Origin: Podarcis vaucheri
Lineage: Eukaryota
Reading direction: 5' to 3' (one strand)
Length of the DNA stretch: 64,000 bases
Assembly (NCBI GenBank): GCA_965113315.1
Contig: OZ220373.1
Shown piece by piece: positions 14,051 to 27,378 of the stretch. The stretch's first letter is position 1, and every line of letters begins with the position of its first letter. The position numbers and the translations under genes were made by a program. Below the pieces are notes generated by a model. The model had not been told where the DNA came from. It saw only the letters and a list, made by a program, of their open reading frames with translations, and did not search any database.

Positions 14051-16049
14051 AGATAATAAAGGTGAATAGGGCAGTGCCCCATCAAACACAGTCTACTCTA
14101 AGCCAGCCCCCACCTGTCTGCCTTCTTCCTTACATCTGATCAAGGCATTGGCATTGTCTGCTGCCAGCTTCCTCCATTTTAGTCTTATTGTTACCCCTGT
14201 AGACCTCAGTAGAGAGGAGGATGGGGACAAAAATAGAATGACTTTGGCTCTTCCTGTCATTGACTCTGACTCAGCCTACCATGGGTCTCCTAGCTTCCCA
14301 CTCTGGCAGTCCCAATTGGCATCAGGCCACATTGAGTCTAGCTATCCCACACTCTTGCATGCACACATACAAACGTACATTGAACAAACACGTACAACTG
14401 TGAGTCATTCAGCAAACACATGACACACAGCCTCCTACCTCAGCTGATCCATGCAGATAATTTGAGGAGCAGGTTATCCTGTCCCCATTCATCAAATGAT
14501 TGATCTGATAATCAGGATTTGCATTCCCAACAAGACTCTGGGTGGAGAAGCCTATCCCATCCCTGTGTTTCCTTTTGAAAGGGTTTTGTTTGGTTGCTGC
14601 TGCTTCTGCTGCCCTAAAATCAGTGAGTTCTTGTAGACACAGGAAAACGTAAAGGGGTGGGGGTGCTGGATCAGGCCCTCATGCTGGGGTTTAGCCACCC
14701 CTGCTCTACACACTGAATTGCACAGTCCCACTCACCTCTATATGCTATACAGAACATGTGCTGTTTACCTGCTTACCACAGTATTTGGGGGTGGGGGAAT
14801 ATTTGGAAAAAATATGAATTCTAAACATGATTATACCAATATGAGGTATTATTCAAATGTCTGTTTAAGGCTGCTTCACATATGACATTATCTGCACCTG
14901 TGTACATTGTCACATCTGGTGATCGTATTTTGATAAATGTATTTTCATTGGAAGTGCTAAAATATACTACATAATCTTCACATCTAAGAGTATACACCCA
15001 TGTAGGAAAAACACAGAGTGTGGAATGATCCTTACAAACTGGCTATTCTTATGAATTAGGGGACATTCCCAAGAGTCATGGAATGTAATTCTTTGTTATT
15101 TTGGGTCAAAAAAACTCTCACTATGTATATTTAGATCATACGATGTTTTCTCTAGATTAAAAATTCATGCCAACACCCTTTAAAAATTCCTTTTGGTCTT
15201 TTGCAATGAATAAGCAAGACAGCATTTATGAAAACAGTGTTCTATGAAATCAGATTTCCATTTATTAAGCATGTAAATTTCTTTCATTATTTTTCCTCTG
15301 AAATTTCTGGGTAAATCTCTCGTATAAACTGCTTGCTGCTTTATTTAATTATCAAAAGAAAGCCAAGTATTTCAGCTATTCTAACTGCATATACCTGCAA
15401 ATTCTTAATGCTGCATTTAATTAAGCAGCATTTAACTACAGAACTGGGCGATTGCAATATAAAGATTTCATATGTGTCAAGCATCAGAATAATCTATTGG
15501 TGGATTATGAAAGTCTGCATACTTAATGCAAAGGAAAGTGATAAACTGTTATGATTCTATGCATTCTAGGCCCAATGGAAACAAACCATTATGTGAACCC
15601 TATCTAAATACATGTACAGCCCCATGTTACACATTTCTACTCAGATGTAAGCCCCAATGAGTTCAGTGATACTCTGAATTAAGTGTGTATTGCATCTTTA
15701 TAATATAAAATTTAAGAGGATATAAACAAGGACCACTAGCACATAATAAACACCCTAAAGTGTGTTATTTACCAGCAATAATGCACATACTGTTTTTGTC
15801 GATCAATTTTATCTTTGTAAAGTGAATTGTTTACAATTGCAATCTCTTTTGACAGGGTCAGCATTCCAGATTATATATACTGAAGCAGTTGTATTTACCA
15901 ATGCCTTGTTTTGTTGTGTATCAAATAAGTATTGATATATATGCTTACATGGGCTAGCATGATGCAACAGTAACTCCCCTGTCTTACTGAATGCACCTGA
16001 AGAAACAATTTAAGCAGAATAATTCAAAATTTCAAAGACATGGAAATAT

Positions 16050-16930
16050 GTAAGTCTTCCCACCCTCTCCAAATTATCAAGCGTAATGTTTTTCTAAATT
16101 AATTTACACATTGCAGCAGTTTCTCCCAATATTTACAATAAGAAATTCGTATCTCCACTTGTCATTCAATATAACTGTACATCCAAGAGGCTTATAATAA
16201 TAGCCTTTAATTAAACTGGTGATTGTTACAGGGTTTTCTGTTGCCCTTTGAAGGTCTTAATTATTAGTTGTATCCAGCCTTTTATGGCACATAGATGGTT
16301 ATATTAAATAATTGCCCATGGAAATATTGTGATTTTTGTCTGTTTTAATCAGATCCTTGCATTTTGAGGTTTTAAAACGAATAACGCTCCCCCTCCCCTT
16401 CCATGCGGTGTTACATTAGCATGCTAGGATATATATAAAAAAGGTGGCTTTTATGGGAATAATTGTTAAGCATGATGCATGTAAATGAGCTGTTTTTCTA
16501 TGCATGGCTAGCAAAAGTGCTAATTAAATAGTTGGTATTCGAGGCTATGTGCGTTCATTGTTTAGTGACACACAAATCCAGCGATGTGTGCCAGCAGACA
16601 TTTTAAGTTGAATGTTTTCTCTTCTGCGGTCTTTGTCATGAGATGGTGGCACCATGATGAGAACACTAGTGTAAGCAAAATACTGAAATATGCTTTAATA
16701 ATGTTTTAACCATGTAGCAACACCAGCCTAGTTCCGTAATGAATTTTTAATTTCTTCATATAAGGATGTTCCGAGTTATCGCTGATGCATATTAAATCAT
16801 ATACATGAGTCATTTTCTCACTAAATTTGCATAAAATGGCTAAATGCTAATGCACCAAATGGGGTTTACTATATATGGTACAGTAAATATGCCCTTGCAA
16901 GCTCGCTGCAATCAATCTCCAGTATTTCAT
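16050..16930. promoter_or_regulatory. candidate deeply conserved neural enhancer (CNE)
   Basis: Repeat-free AT-rich block with several TAATTA motifs, TCF/LEF CCTTTGAA 16245-16252, Sox CATTGT 16556-16561, AP-1 TGAGTCA 16806-16812, octamer ATTTGCAT 16825-16832, and locally retained CpGs. Conservation is inferred, not measured. Confidence 0.5.
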
Positions 16931-17186
16931 TAGCAGCTTACACAGGGTGGGGTCAGAAATGGGGGGGGGGAGAAATAGGAAGGGAGGGAAATGTTGTGTT
17001 GCTTCCTAGAATATGATTACATGATACAATGGTGACAATATATGTGAAGATTCGGATTTATGTAAGTTTTCCAAACGAGAAATGTAGAGAAATTAGCTTT
17101 CTGAAAGCATTGGTCCTATTCATATACAGTATGTCAGCAAAGCTGTTTGTGCATTTTTTGCATTTGATTTTGAATGGCAAATTAAA

Positions 17187-17191
<5 letters not shown>

Positions 17192-17221
<30 letters not shown>
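17192..17221. repeat. (TA)n microsatellite
   Basis: Directly visible. Confidence 0.95.
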
Positions 17222-17226
<5 letters not shown>

Positions 17227-18709
17227 ACTTGTTCTATGCACATTTAGTCCAAATTCTGGCAGCATTTTGATATTTCCCATGTGCCAGTTAAGCAGATGAT
17301 GATGATGAGAGAATCAGTTCTCTTCCACTGTCTATTAATTGTACCTACCTCATATTCATGCATTATATACCACTCCTCTTTAATTCACACATAATAAGCT
17401 AGTATGAAGGCTATGGCATTGGCATGCCTAGCAATATTATTAGGCCAAACAACTGGGTCACGTTAAAAAAAAAAAAGACTTCCTCTTTTCTCTCTGCTGC
17501 ACCCTACCCCAATCATTTTGCCATCCAAAACATCTTTGCACCTGGTGTTGCATGTGTGTGTGTGTGTTTGGGGCATGCAATTCAAAAATAAATGTATGAT
17601 TTGCCCTACAGTTATTTTAAATTAGTCCTGATAAATAATTAAGTAATGCATAATATATTATTTAGATGCGATGGTCTTAAGAATTTGAGTGGTATTTCAA
17701 CTACAATTAGAGTAATTTATTTATCAGTAAAAAAAAAATGATTTACATAATCACAGTTCAAAATCCAGTGGACTGGAGAGATATCAGAAAGACATCCATG
17801 AGTGTGATAATGACTTAAGCATTAGATTGACTTAATAATGTAGCAATATCATATACAAGATGCTGGAATCTCTAATATCCCTTGTATTTGATGAATCATT
17901 TTTAAATGATGAAGGTGCCCGTATTGTTTTCTGCTTCTTATGCAGAACTATTAGGGAGAGAACTAGCAGAGGCAATGTTTTTCTACTATCTTTTTTTGTT
18001 TTTGTTTTTTTAAATACTAGAAGAGATCTGAGCTGTAGTCAATAACTAGGGTACTCTGAAAAACACTTTGCTTTTTTCCAGATGATTCGGACAAACAGCC
18101 CAATCCACAAACCAGTTAAGCCAAAGACATAAATATTTATAACTCAAACCACAAATCAATCAAGCCACAACCACCGGATTTAAGCCAGTTTAGGTGCTAC
18201 TGAAATACATCAGCTCCTTTTTAATCAAGAATCAAAGTTAAAAGCAAAAGCAAAGGCCCAAAGCTCATTATAGTTGGAGACTGGGCTAACGTGCCTCATA
18301 TTAGATATGTCACATTATGGAATATTCCTCAGGAGTAAATAGTTGTTTGTTTGTTTACCATATTTATAGAGTAATCCTAAATAGGATAGAGAGTGGTTAA
18401 ATGCCACTATTTCCAAAGTTCTGCTAGACTGCTGTAGTCAAGGCAGAAGGTAACTGTGATTTTTGTTCCTTCTGATTTAAATGGGAGGTAAATTAACCAA
18501 GCCACTTCAGGATTTACAGAGTTACGGAGCCTGATCTGAAAGACTTTTGGGGCAAGAGAGAGCTCTGAGGAGAACCAAGTGACCCCTTAACGTGCCTTTT
18601 GAATCTTCTGAACTGCTCTGGATTGAACCCTACCCCTCAGTGGTATATTTACACCCGTGGAGCTTTCTATAGGTATACCAGAGCTGCTTCTGGGGTGGGT
18701 GGACTAGCC

Positions 18710-19014
18710 AAGAAGAAGAAGAAGAAGAAGAAGAAGAAGAAGAAGAAGAAGAAGAGGAGGAGGAGGAGGAGGAGGTGGTGGTTTGGATTTGATATCCCGC
18801 TTTATCACTACCTGAAGGAGTCTCAAAGCGGCTAACTATCTCCTTTCCCTTCCTCCCCCACAACAAACACTCTGTGAGGTGAGTGGGGCTGAGAGACTTC
18901 AAAGAAGTGTGACTGGCCCAAGGTCACCCAGCAGCTGCATGTGGAGGAGCGGGGAAGCGAACCTGGTTCACCAGATTACGAGTCCACCACTCTTAACCAC
19001 TACACCACACTGGC
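18710..19014 (-). mobile_element. full-length tRNA-derived CORE SINE (Squam3-like, lacertid type), copy 1
   Basis: Minus strand has an A box TGGTGTAGTGG, a B box GGTTCGCTTCC, a CORE motif TGACCTTGGGCCAGTCAC and a (CTC)n(TTC)n tail. Confidence 0.9.
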
Positions 19015-19329
19015 GTCTCCGGGGTGGTGCAGAGTCATCCAAACAGCCCTCAGCTGGCCTTTGACCAGAGTTAGCTTTGCTATATTTTTACTATATTTAT
19101 TATAATGCCACAAATATTTTCCAGCAGACAACACAAACTGATAAAATGCAATTAAAAGACACAATAGCCTAAAATAACCACTTCCAGCACATTTCTAGCT
19201 TTAAAATTCCCCAGCAAAGTGAAGGATAAAAGCAGGTGATTAATATATGCAATGATTTGAAACACTATGAGCACAGGTTTTTTTAAAGTTTTGTTTAAAA
19301 AGAACAAAAAACCCTGGGAGAATTTTTTA

Positions 19330-19725
19330 AAAAACCTTTTCGTTTGGTGCCAAAGTGACCAAAAAGAAGGTGGCACAAGATCCTTCCACAACTACAAATG
19401 AGGAAGGTCTCTCTCTGGTAGTCACGCATTTCATTTTAGTTGGCAAAGGCACCTGGAATGGGGCCTCTGAAGAGGATTTCATTGTTTGGGTTGATGTATC
19501 TGAGAGACAGTGATCTTTCAGGCATGGCGGTCTCAAACCATTAGGAACGTACAAGGATAAAACCAACACTTTGAACTGAGCAGGAAACAGACTGGGAGCC
19601 AGTGCAACTAACAAAGCAGTGCTTTGGTATGATCAAATCACCAGCACCAGCTAACAACCTGGTAGCCCTACTTTGCACCAACTGCAGTCTCTAGCCCACT
19701 GTACAACACATTGCAATAATTGCAA
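19330..19725 (-). mobile_element. degraded L2-clade LINE fragment
   Basis: ORF 19327-19614 retains FPAQFKVLVL..Y..NGL.P..LKD....SSSEA...VP.....TRER, the L2 ORF2 C-terminal signature. Confidence 0.75.
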
Positions 19726-21162
19726 TAATCTACATCATTTGTACTATGAATGTATTTATTGTAGGTCATTGAAGTTACCGTATTTTTTCCAGGAACACTG
19801 CATTTTCAATACTATGTAGATGTTAAAGGCATAAATTTTTATATTTCTGCCATTCTAAAGTCATTGTGTTCGATCTGGTTCATTCATTGACCTAAAACCA
19901 ACAAAATAAAACAACGCTGGGCATGATGCTGTTGAAGTCCCATTGAGCACATGGTTAATTCTGCCAGTAGCATCTGTTAGACTTCAAAATGCTTGCCTCT
20001 GACTGAATATATACCTCCATAAACATCCTAGAGATGCTCCATCCCTAAGCATGCAAAAATTAATCCTTTTAAAATCAATGGGATTTGTTTCCAGATAATG
20101 TGTTTAGGATGGCGTCCCATCTGTTTCATATTCAATGTGTACATCAAAATAGTTGCTAGCTCTCTGTTCTGTAGCACCTGCCAACCTGGACTCATTTGGA
20201 AGGTAGGGCAGGATAAAGATTTAATAAACAAATAAAATGTGAAATATAACAAACAATACCAAAACATTTGATCTATAATAAATGCAGGCTTTCTGTTCCC
20301 TGACCGGTCCAACCTTTTCTCATAAAACTGCAGGACCCTTCCAGATGCCTGCTCACTCTCCCAGAGCCCAACTTCAGGATGACCAAATCACAGAAGAAAC
20401 ACAGTGCAATCCTATCAAGGTCTATTCGGAATTACATCTAATTGAGCTTAGTGGGGCTTACTTGCAGGTATATAGAATTAACCCTTAACCAAATAAATAA
20501 ACAGGTAGAAAAAATGGAATGAGAGAAAGAGTGGGTGGAGGGAGAGGGAGAGAATATTTTTCAGAGTCTCTCCTTTAACATACCCTAATAATTCATTTCT
20601 AGTCACATACATCTACTGAGTCACATAAATTGAGACAAGAGAAGACTTTTTGATCAGATATTCTTGAAGAATATAGTTCTATATCCATTCCTACAAGGAA
20701 GTAGTTTCGTACCTATAGATTGTGGAACCTAAATGGTCCAATAATTCCTACCCTCCAAAGCGGCTCAAATTACAGGTGGCATTTTTTGAAAAGTACTCCC
20801 CCCCTTTTTCATTTTTTCCTGTAAGTTCACAATTGTTCCTGAACATTGAGTTATTTGTGCAGATACATTCCATCCTCCCTCCAAGAATCTCATGGATAGA
20901 TGGTGCATTTCAGATCTTTAATTACAGGAAACCATAGGACCATGTCTTCTCTTGATAACAATATTTCTTTATAACCCAAATTATTTTTTACTTGAATATT
21001 TTGCTGCCCTGGACAATCATAAGAAAGTGTGTTTTGCTTTAAAATTCATGACACTATACTTGCTGTAAACCATCTTTCTGTAAGCCATGCTAGAAATGCT
21101 TTACCAATGGATGGATGTGGCTTTAGAACAACAAAATAAACTAGCTTTTTCTATGCCATTTT

Positions 21163-21628
21163 TCAGAAGTTGCCTTAGACAGAGTCAAACCTTCAGTCTA
21201 TTTAGCTCAGCATTGCCCACATAGACTAACAGTAGCTCTGCGGAGTTTCTTATGTGTAGATGCCAGGGACTGAACCTGAGACAAGAAGAAGAAGAAGAAG
21301 AAGAAGAAGAAGAAGAAGAAGAAGAAGAAGAGGAGGAGGAGGAGGAGGAGGAGGAGGAGGAGGAGGAGTTTGGATTTGATATCCTGCTTTATCACTACCC
21401 GAAGGAGTCTCAAAGCAGCTAACATTCCCCTTTCCCTTCCTCCCCCACCACAAACACTCTGTGAGGTGAGTGAGGCTGAGAGACTTCAAAGAAGTGTGAC
21501 TGGCCCAAGGTCACCCAGCAGCTGCATGTGGAGGAGCAGAGACGCGAACCTGGTTCCCCAGATTACGAGTCCCCCTCTTAACCACTACACCACACTGGCT
21601 CTCTGTGTTCTGCCACTGAGTTATGGGG
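21163..21628 (-). mobile_element. older tRNA-head/CR1-tail SINE interrupted by SINE copy 2
   Basis: Left part GAAGTTGCCTTA..CAGAGTCA.ACC...TAGCTCAG.ATTG...GATGCCAGGGACTGAACCTG (reversed B box). Right part TCTGCCACTGAGTTATGG (reversed A box). Confidence 0.65.
21283..21603 (-). mobile_element. full-length Squam3-like SINE, copy 2
   Basis: Near-identical to 18710-19014, with the same biphasic tail. Confidence 0.9.
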
Positions 21629-24348
21629 TTTTAATATTTTAGGGAATGCTTTCTTGTTATTTACATGTGGTGTCTTCATGACATATATTATCTTCTGTTT
21701 TAAAAGGTTCAATAGTGTAAGCAAGCATGTTCTATTAATACAATATACTTATGATGGTAGAAGACATCAATGATACTGAAGAGGATCTATCACCTCCTTC
21801 TTTCTAGCTAACACCGCACTGAAACAATATTGGCATAATGAAAATTGCTAGTCCTTAAGGAATTGCAAGATTCCTTGTTGGTTTTGGCTTGTGCTTAGAC
21901 AAGTATTATGGGACAATTGCCAACACAGCCAATAATACCTGGCAATCATCCCATACCTAATCCTATGTGACGTCCTCCAGGCATATTTTCAATATCTACA
22001 TAGAATGGATGCTATTGTCATAAAGTACAAAAAGTGATCTAATACATTGCATTAGATTAATCTCCAGATACATGGGATTCAGACTGCAACTATTCCAATC
22101 AGTGGGATCTTTGCTGCTGAATTCAGGGTGATATGGATTGTCTTCTTAACATCCCAACCTGAAATACATTTAGTGGAAGCAAATGTCCTCCCAATAAATA
22201 TGTATTTGTGGATTGAGGACTCTGGTTGTTGTTGCTGATAAGCAACTTGTTTGCCCGTGTTTGGCTTGCAGAGCAGTTGTGGGGTCATAATGTGCAAATT
22301 GCTCCCCAAACTTTTTTTTAAAAAAAACTGGAGCAATTGATGTGTTTTCCAGTTGTAATGTGAAATGAAATACTTATGTAGTTGGTTCCTGTTATAGCGT
22401 TTGCTTACTTCTTAACAACATAGGCCTCTAATTTTAGCAACAGCTGCCTGTCTATCTATTTGCCAGAATACATATTTGGACATATTTATGCACACAGGCA
22501 TTTACTCACATATGCATACATTAGTCAAGACTAAAAATAACTGTCTTCTCTCTAAGCATGGGCCATTGTGAATACATGCAATGTTACTTGTAAGTATAAA
22601 AAATTTCACAAGATGGAGGAATTGAGAATGTATGAACTATTCCAGCATGCAGCGTGTACAGATGCCCATATACCGGCAATTTTGTAGATGAACTGTACAA
22701 TGTATGGGTGTGACCACATAAACACCTATTGTAGAACCATTTCCGGAGCCTCTACCTATTTTGCAAACAGAATCTCTTAACATTTTGGAAGCCAACCAGC
22801 CACTATAATTAAAAACAGATAACACTGAGCAATAGAGCTGGATACCAGCAGGTATTAGAATGCTACTTTTTAAAAAGAAGTATGTTTCCAGAGTGTCTAT
22901 TTTTCAATAAAATAAACTCAAGCTCACAAAAGCACACTGGACAAACAGAGAATATACACAATAACAGACCCTGCTGATGTCAACAGTTCCATAAATAACA
23001 GTATTATTTCCATATTCTGGACCTTGGCTAATTAAGGATACACAGACACATACAACTCTGGCTTCTTCATCAGCTTATTAGAAAGTCCATTAAGGTAGTA
23101 TTCCAAGTTATAGCTCATCAGCTGCCTCTAGAATAAGAAATTTAGCACTGCCCATATCCTGGGCACTCAACATTAGTCAATTAGTCATTAGGGGGGGAAA
23201 CATTGTTGCCAGTGTAAGTAAAACATTTGCTTTGACAAATTCAGCAGGTGTATGACTTATTGTAACAGACCAACATCCATTGAAGGCTGCAATCTGCCAG
23301 CCCTATTGAAACCAGAAGGAAATGTGTACTTGTCCTCTTATGCTCTTTGACTGGTTTTCTCTTTAAGCTCAAGTCAAATTCTTTCTTCCCTTCCTCTTTG
23401 GCCTATTGGCATGGGAGAAAGCAGTCTCCATGCCACACTGAGGTGGGTGGATTTAACTCCCAGTTGAAGAGTTAAGATGGTATCATTAGTTGCGCACAGC
23501 ATGATTTCCCTCTAATCCTCTCTGGAACTTACAACAAGTTTAAATGTCCATGCATGATGTTATTAACTGGCTTTAGTGAGTACTTAAGACACGGAATGTT
23601 TTAAAGCCACCTCTAGACATGTTTTACTGTACCTAGCAACAAAGGTGCAGCTAGCCAGTGCAGACTACATTTTGCAAAGACTGGAGGAGGGAGAGAGAAC
23701 TACATATGTAGGTGTTATTCCCTCCATGAGTGGAACAAATTGTAAATGTTACAGCTTGCTGGGAAACGGATACAGTCCTAGGGACTAGAAACTTCAATTT
23801 TAAAAACCTATCTGACATTTCATTGTTATTAAGAATGTGTTAGATTGTCATGCAAGCAGAAGGACTGAAGGCTTGCATTCTGAAAAACATGACTACAAAG
23901 CCAAAACACCTGTGTACATCCCTATATAGCATCAGAAATGTTTGACTTGTCTATGCCAAAGCTTCAGCTGGCTGAAAAAAAAAGAAGAATCTCCGAAGAG
24001 GAATTTAACCAATGAAGCGGTGTTAAAAACTGACAATCTAACAAAACAACATCACTACCACTAAAGCCAGTTTGCTTCCACGGTGCTATTAAAGACTCCA
24101 CATTGCAATGTTTCCTTGATGCCACTAAAAGATAGATGTCACTCTGTGCCTACTGGATGAAAGAAATGTAGATGAGAAGTGCTGTGTTCTCCCCACCACC
24201 AAACCCGGCCACCCCATCTAACTATGGAGGCGATTTTCACAGAGTCAGAGTAACAAATCAAAAGGAGCAATAACTGCCAGTAACTTTGCAGGGGTATCTA
24301 ATGGGAAGAGGCTACAGCTTTTGTAAGATCTTCATCGGAGGACTAGAT

Positions 24349-24603
24349 CAGGGGTCAGCAAACTTTTTCAGCAGGGGGCCGGTCCACTGTCCCTCAGACC
24401 TTGTGGGGGGCCAGACTCTATTTTTGGGGAGGGAAATAATGAATGAATTCCTATGCCCCACAAATAACCCAGAGATGCATTTTAAATAAAAGCACACATT
24501 CTACTCATGTAAAAACACACTGGTTCCCAGACCAACTGCTGGCTGGATTTAGAAGGCGATTGGGCCGGATCTGGCCCCCGGTGCCTTAGTTTGCCTACCC
24601 ATG
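24349..24603 (+). mobile_element. hAT (Charlie-like) MITE
   Basis: Imperfect TIRs CAGGGGTCAGCAAACT / AGTTTGCCTACCCATG. Perfect 8-bp target duplication GACTAGAT at 24341-24348 and 24604-24611. Confidence 0.92.
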
Positions 24604-24849
24604 GACTAGATTATTGCGTGTTTAAAATGACGGTGGTGATGGAGCAACTAAAGAGGAAAGTAATACATTCAGTGCAAACCGGGTGCCTTTGCAAAGGGAA
24701 GTGGCTGGTAAAAGGAAAGCCAGCAACCTAAGGGCATAAAGAGAGAGGGAGAGAGACAGAGAGTACAGGGTGGGGGTAGGAAACTTTGACATGCCTAACC
24801 TGACAAGGCAGAGGACAGGGAAGACGCTGCATTGCACTAGCAGAGGCAG

Positions 24850-25500
24850 AGCCTGCACCAGAGGGAGGAGAGAGCGCGCGCCAGCCTAGGAGATCAGCCA
24901 TCCCGTCTCCCGGGAAACACCAATCACTGTTCGCGCCTGAGAGGCAACTGGTGCTTGTCACACAGCAGCCTGGTACTGCCCAGCGGCCCGCTCGCTGCCA
25001 TTACTACGCCAGTTCTCGCAGCAGCAGCATCCGTCCTCAAACGGTTGAGTCAAGTGCACCTTCTTTTGAACTAGCCTAGCCTTCTCCCCAGAAAAACGCA
25101 CACACGCATCAGAATACAGTAATCTGATATTCTCAGCTCACGAGAGGGATTGAAAAAAACCAAAGCAGTAATAATAATACAAAAAACAGCAAAAAACTTT
25201 CCTTCCTCTTTTGTCTGGTGCTGGTTTGGTTTTGAGCATCTTTGCAGGTAACTCTCACCCCCCCTTCCTTTCTCTTCTTGTAGCCTCAGGTCATTAAGCA
25301 ACAAGCGGCAGGAATTCAGCAGGCCAGCTGCCTGTCTGTCCACCTCCTCCCTGCCCTCAATGATCTTCAGCATCTTTCATAAAGGGCTGCACTAAGATCA
25401 CATTGCACGGTGCTAGGGAACGACCAGCATGGAGTCAGGCTGAGCAGCAACAACAGCAACACGGCTCTCTGTTCCAGCCGGAGCCCTCACTCCTCTGGGC
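24850..25500. promoter_or_regulatory. small isolated CpG island; candidate internal promoter or enhancer
   Basis: CpG cluster (gcgcgcgcc, ttcgcgcc, gcggcccgctcg) in an otherwise CpG-poor region, CCAAT near 24920, X-box-like GGTGCTAGGGAAC 25409-25421. Confidence 0.5.
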
Positions 25501-27149
25501 TATCCAGGAGAGCAGCTAGCTTTGGAAAGGGGAACCAGAGCCACTAACCAAGAAAGGCTTCTGCTTATACCCACCTAGGATAATAGCAGAACTATAACAT
25601 GAAAACCAATAATATTAATAACACAATTGTCACTGCCTGGGCTATCTGTATTCCATTTTTCTTTGACCTCACTGCTTACAGTTCCACCCCACAAAATGTT
25701 TGTGTGTGTATCAGAATAGCACTTAATGCAACTGATGAAGTAGTCTGCAGTCCACAAAAGCTTATGCCATGACAAAAGAATTAGTCTGTAAGGTGCCACA
25801 AGGTTGTATGCTGTTGTCTTTGGGGTAACAGACTAGAAAGGGTTACTGCTCTGGGAACTTCCCAAGCTAAGGTGTCCCTCCTGTGATCTGTGGATCTCTC
25901 CATAGGGCCTGAAACAGATCAGACCCTCGGCTCAGTAAAATATGTGACTAAAGAAGGTCTTCCTGATTTAAACATACTGTGCATTAAAACAAAAAACAGA
26001 TTTGCAGCCTAAACTACAAAGCTGGAAGATTTGGATGTAATCTTGTGTAATTCCACTGCAGCTAATGGGACTAAGGCCTTGTGTCTGCTCACTTGGGAAT
26101 AAGCTCCATCTGACTAAAGAGAACTTACTTATGAGTAAGCATACATAAGATTGTACTGCACATCAACTTCCATACAGGTACTTCAGACAAAGAACTGGAC
26201 AGAGTCAGACAGAGTCCTGGATAGAGTCATAACCCTGTTTACATTGAGGTTAACAGTAAATTGCTGCTGGAAGCAATTTATGAGTCTTGGATTAAACTTC
26301 AGTCTTGGCAAAGTCCATAAAAGAAACTCTTACTGGCATATTTTACTAGAAAATTAAGTCCCACACAATTGAAATGTATTAAGATGTCAAAAATCCATCA
26401 TCGTTATCAAAAGGTAAATAATATACATGTGTTGGTATTGTGAAATGCACTCCCAGTCAGTTTAGATAATCATTTAAAAAATAATGTGCATTTTCAAAAT
26501 GTGAATGCCCTTTTATTCTTAGGGTTACTTTCTGTTTGCTACCTCCTTCACAACCTCCCTCTTGCCCCACCCTAATTAAATGAGAAGTAGGCAAGAAATC
26601 CCAGTAAATCCACCATTTCCTTGACAGAGAAACACTGATTAAGCAACAGAGTAAAATTAAAGATGTTTATGAAATGTTTGTTTAAAAGCACCCAAAATGT
26701 ACAGATGACAACTATTATTTTAGCCAATGACATCCTATGAACCCCCTAGTTCTATGTTCCTTTACAGTATGTGGAAATAAACTCCAATGGTTCCATGGAT
26801 CATACTTCCGAATAAATATTTAGAAACACAAACTTTGTGGTCCAGTTCTCTACTTGTTCATTCAGACCTTCCCTTGAGTACCCAGACTTACAGTTGATTT
26901 TAAAAAAATTGTTGGCTGTTGTTGGCTAGTTATTATGCATAATTTTTTTTTATTTGGGGCCTACAGCTGAAATAGCTTACTCCAGTGAACAGCAATACTA
27001 TACATGTCTACTCAAAAGTAAACTCTAATGATCCCAATGGAATTTACTCTCAGGTGAGTGAGTATAATATTGCAACCTTAGTGAATTGAGGACTCTGGCC
27101 AGTGCCATGCACTCTTGGAAGTGAATTATGTTCAAAACTTTTAAAAATC

Positions 27150-27378
27150 ATTATTACCCAAGTAGAGTAGACCCACACTGAAATGTCTATACCAAAGTTA
27201 GCCATGCCCATTAATTTCAATGGGTGTACTTTGAGTATGGCTAACCTATAATTGTTAAGGGTTGTATTCAATATAAATCATACTCATAGCAGACCCATGG
27301 AAATGAATGTACCCAAGTTAGTCATGTCAATTAATTTCAATGGGTCAACCCAAATAGAGCATAGCTGGATACAACACT
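27150..27378. repeat. two tandem copies of a ~110-bp palindromic element
   Basis: AGACCCA..GAAATG...ACC.AAGTTAG.CATG...ATTAATTTCAATGGGT occurs twice. The second copy is bounded by GGTTGTATTCA / CTGGATACAAC. Confidence 0.7.

Noticed and set aside
18945-19014. tRNA-like A and B boxes
   Set aside because: This is a SINE head continuing into CORE and tail, not a tRNA gene.
18599-21642. ORFs with poly-K/R, poly-S, poly-P/L/F and duplicated peptides (AERLQRSVTGPRSPSSCMWRS)
   Set aside because: These are translations of the two SINE copies and their trinucleotide tails.
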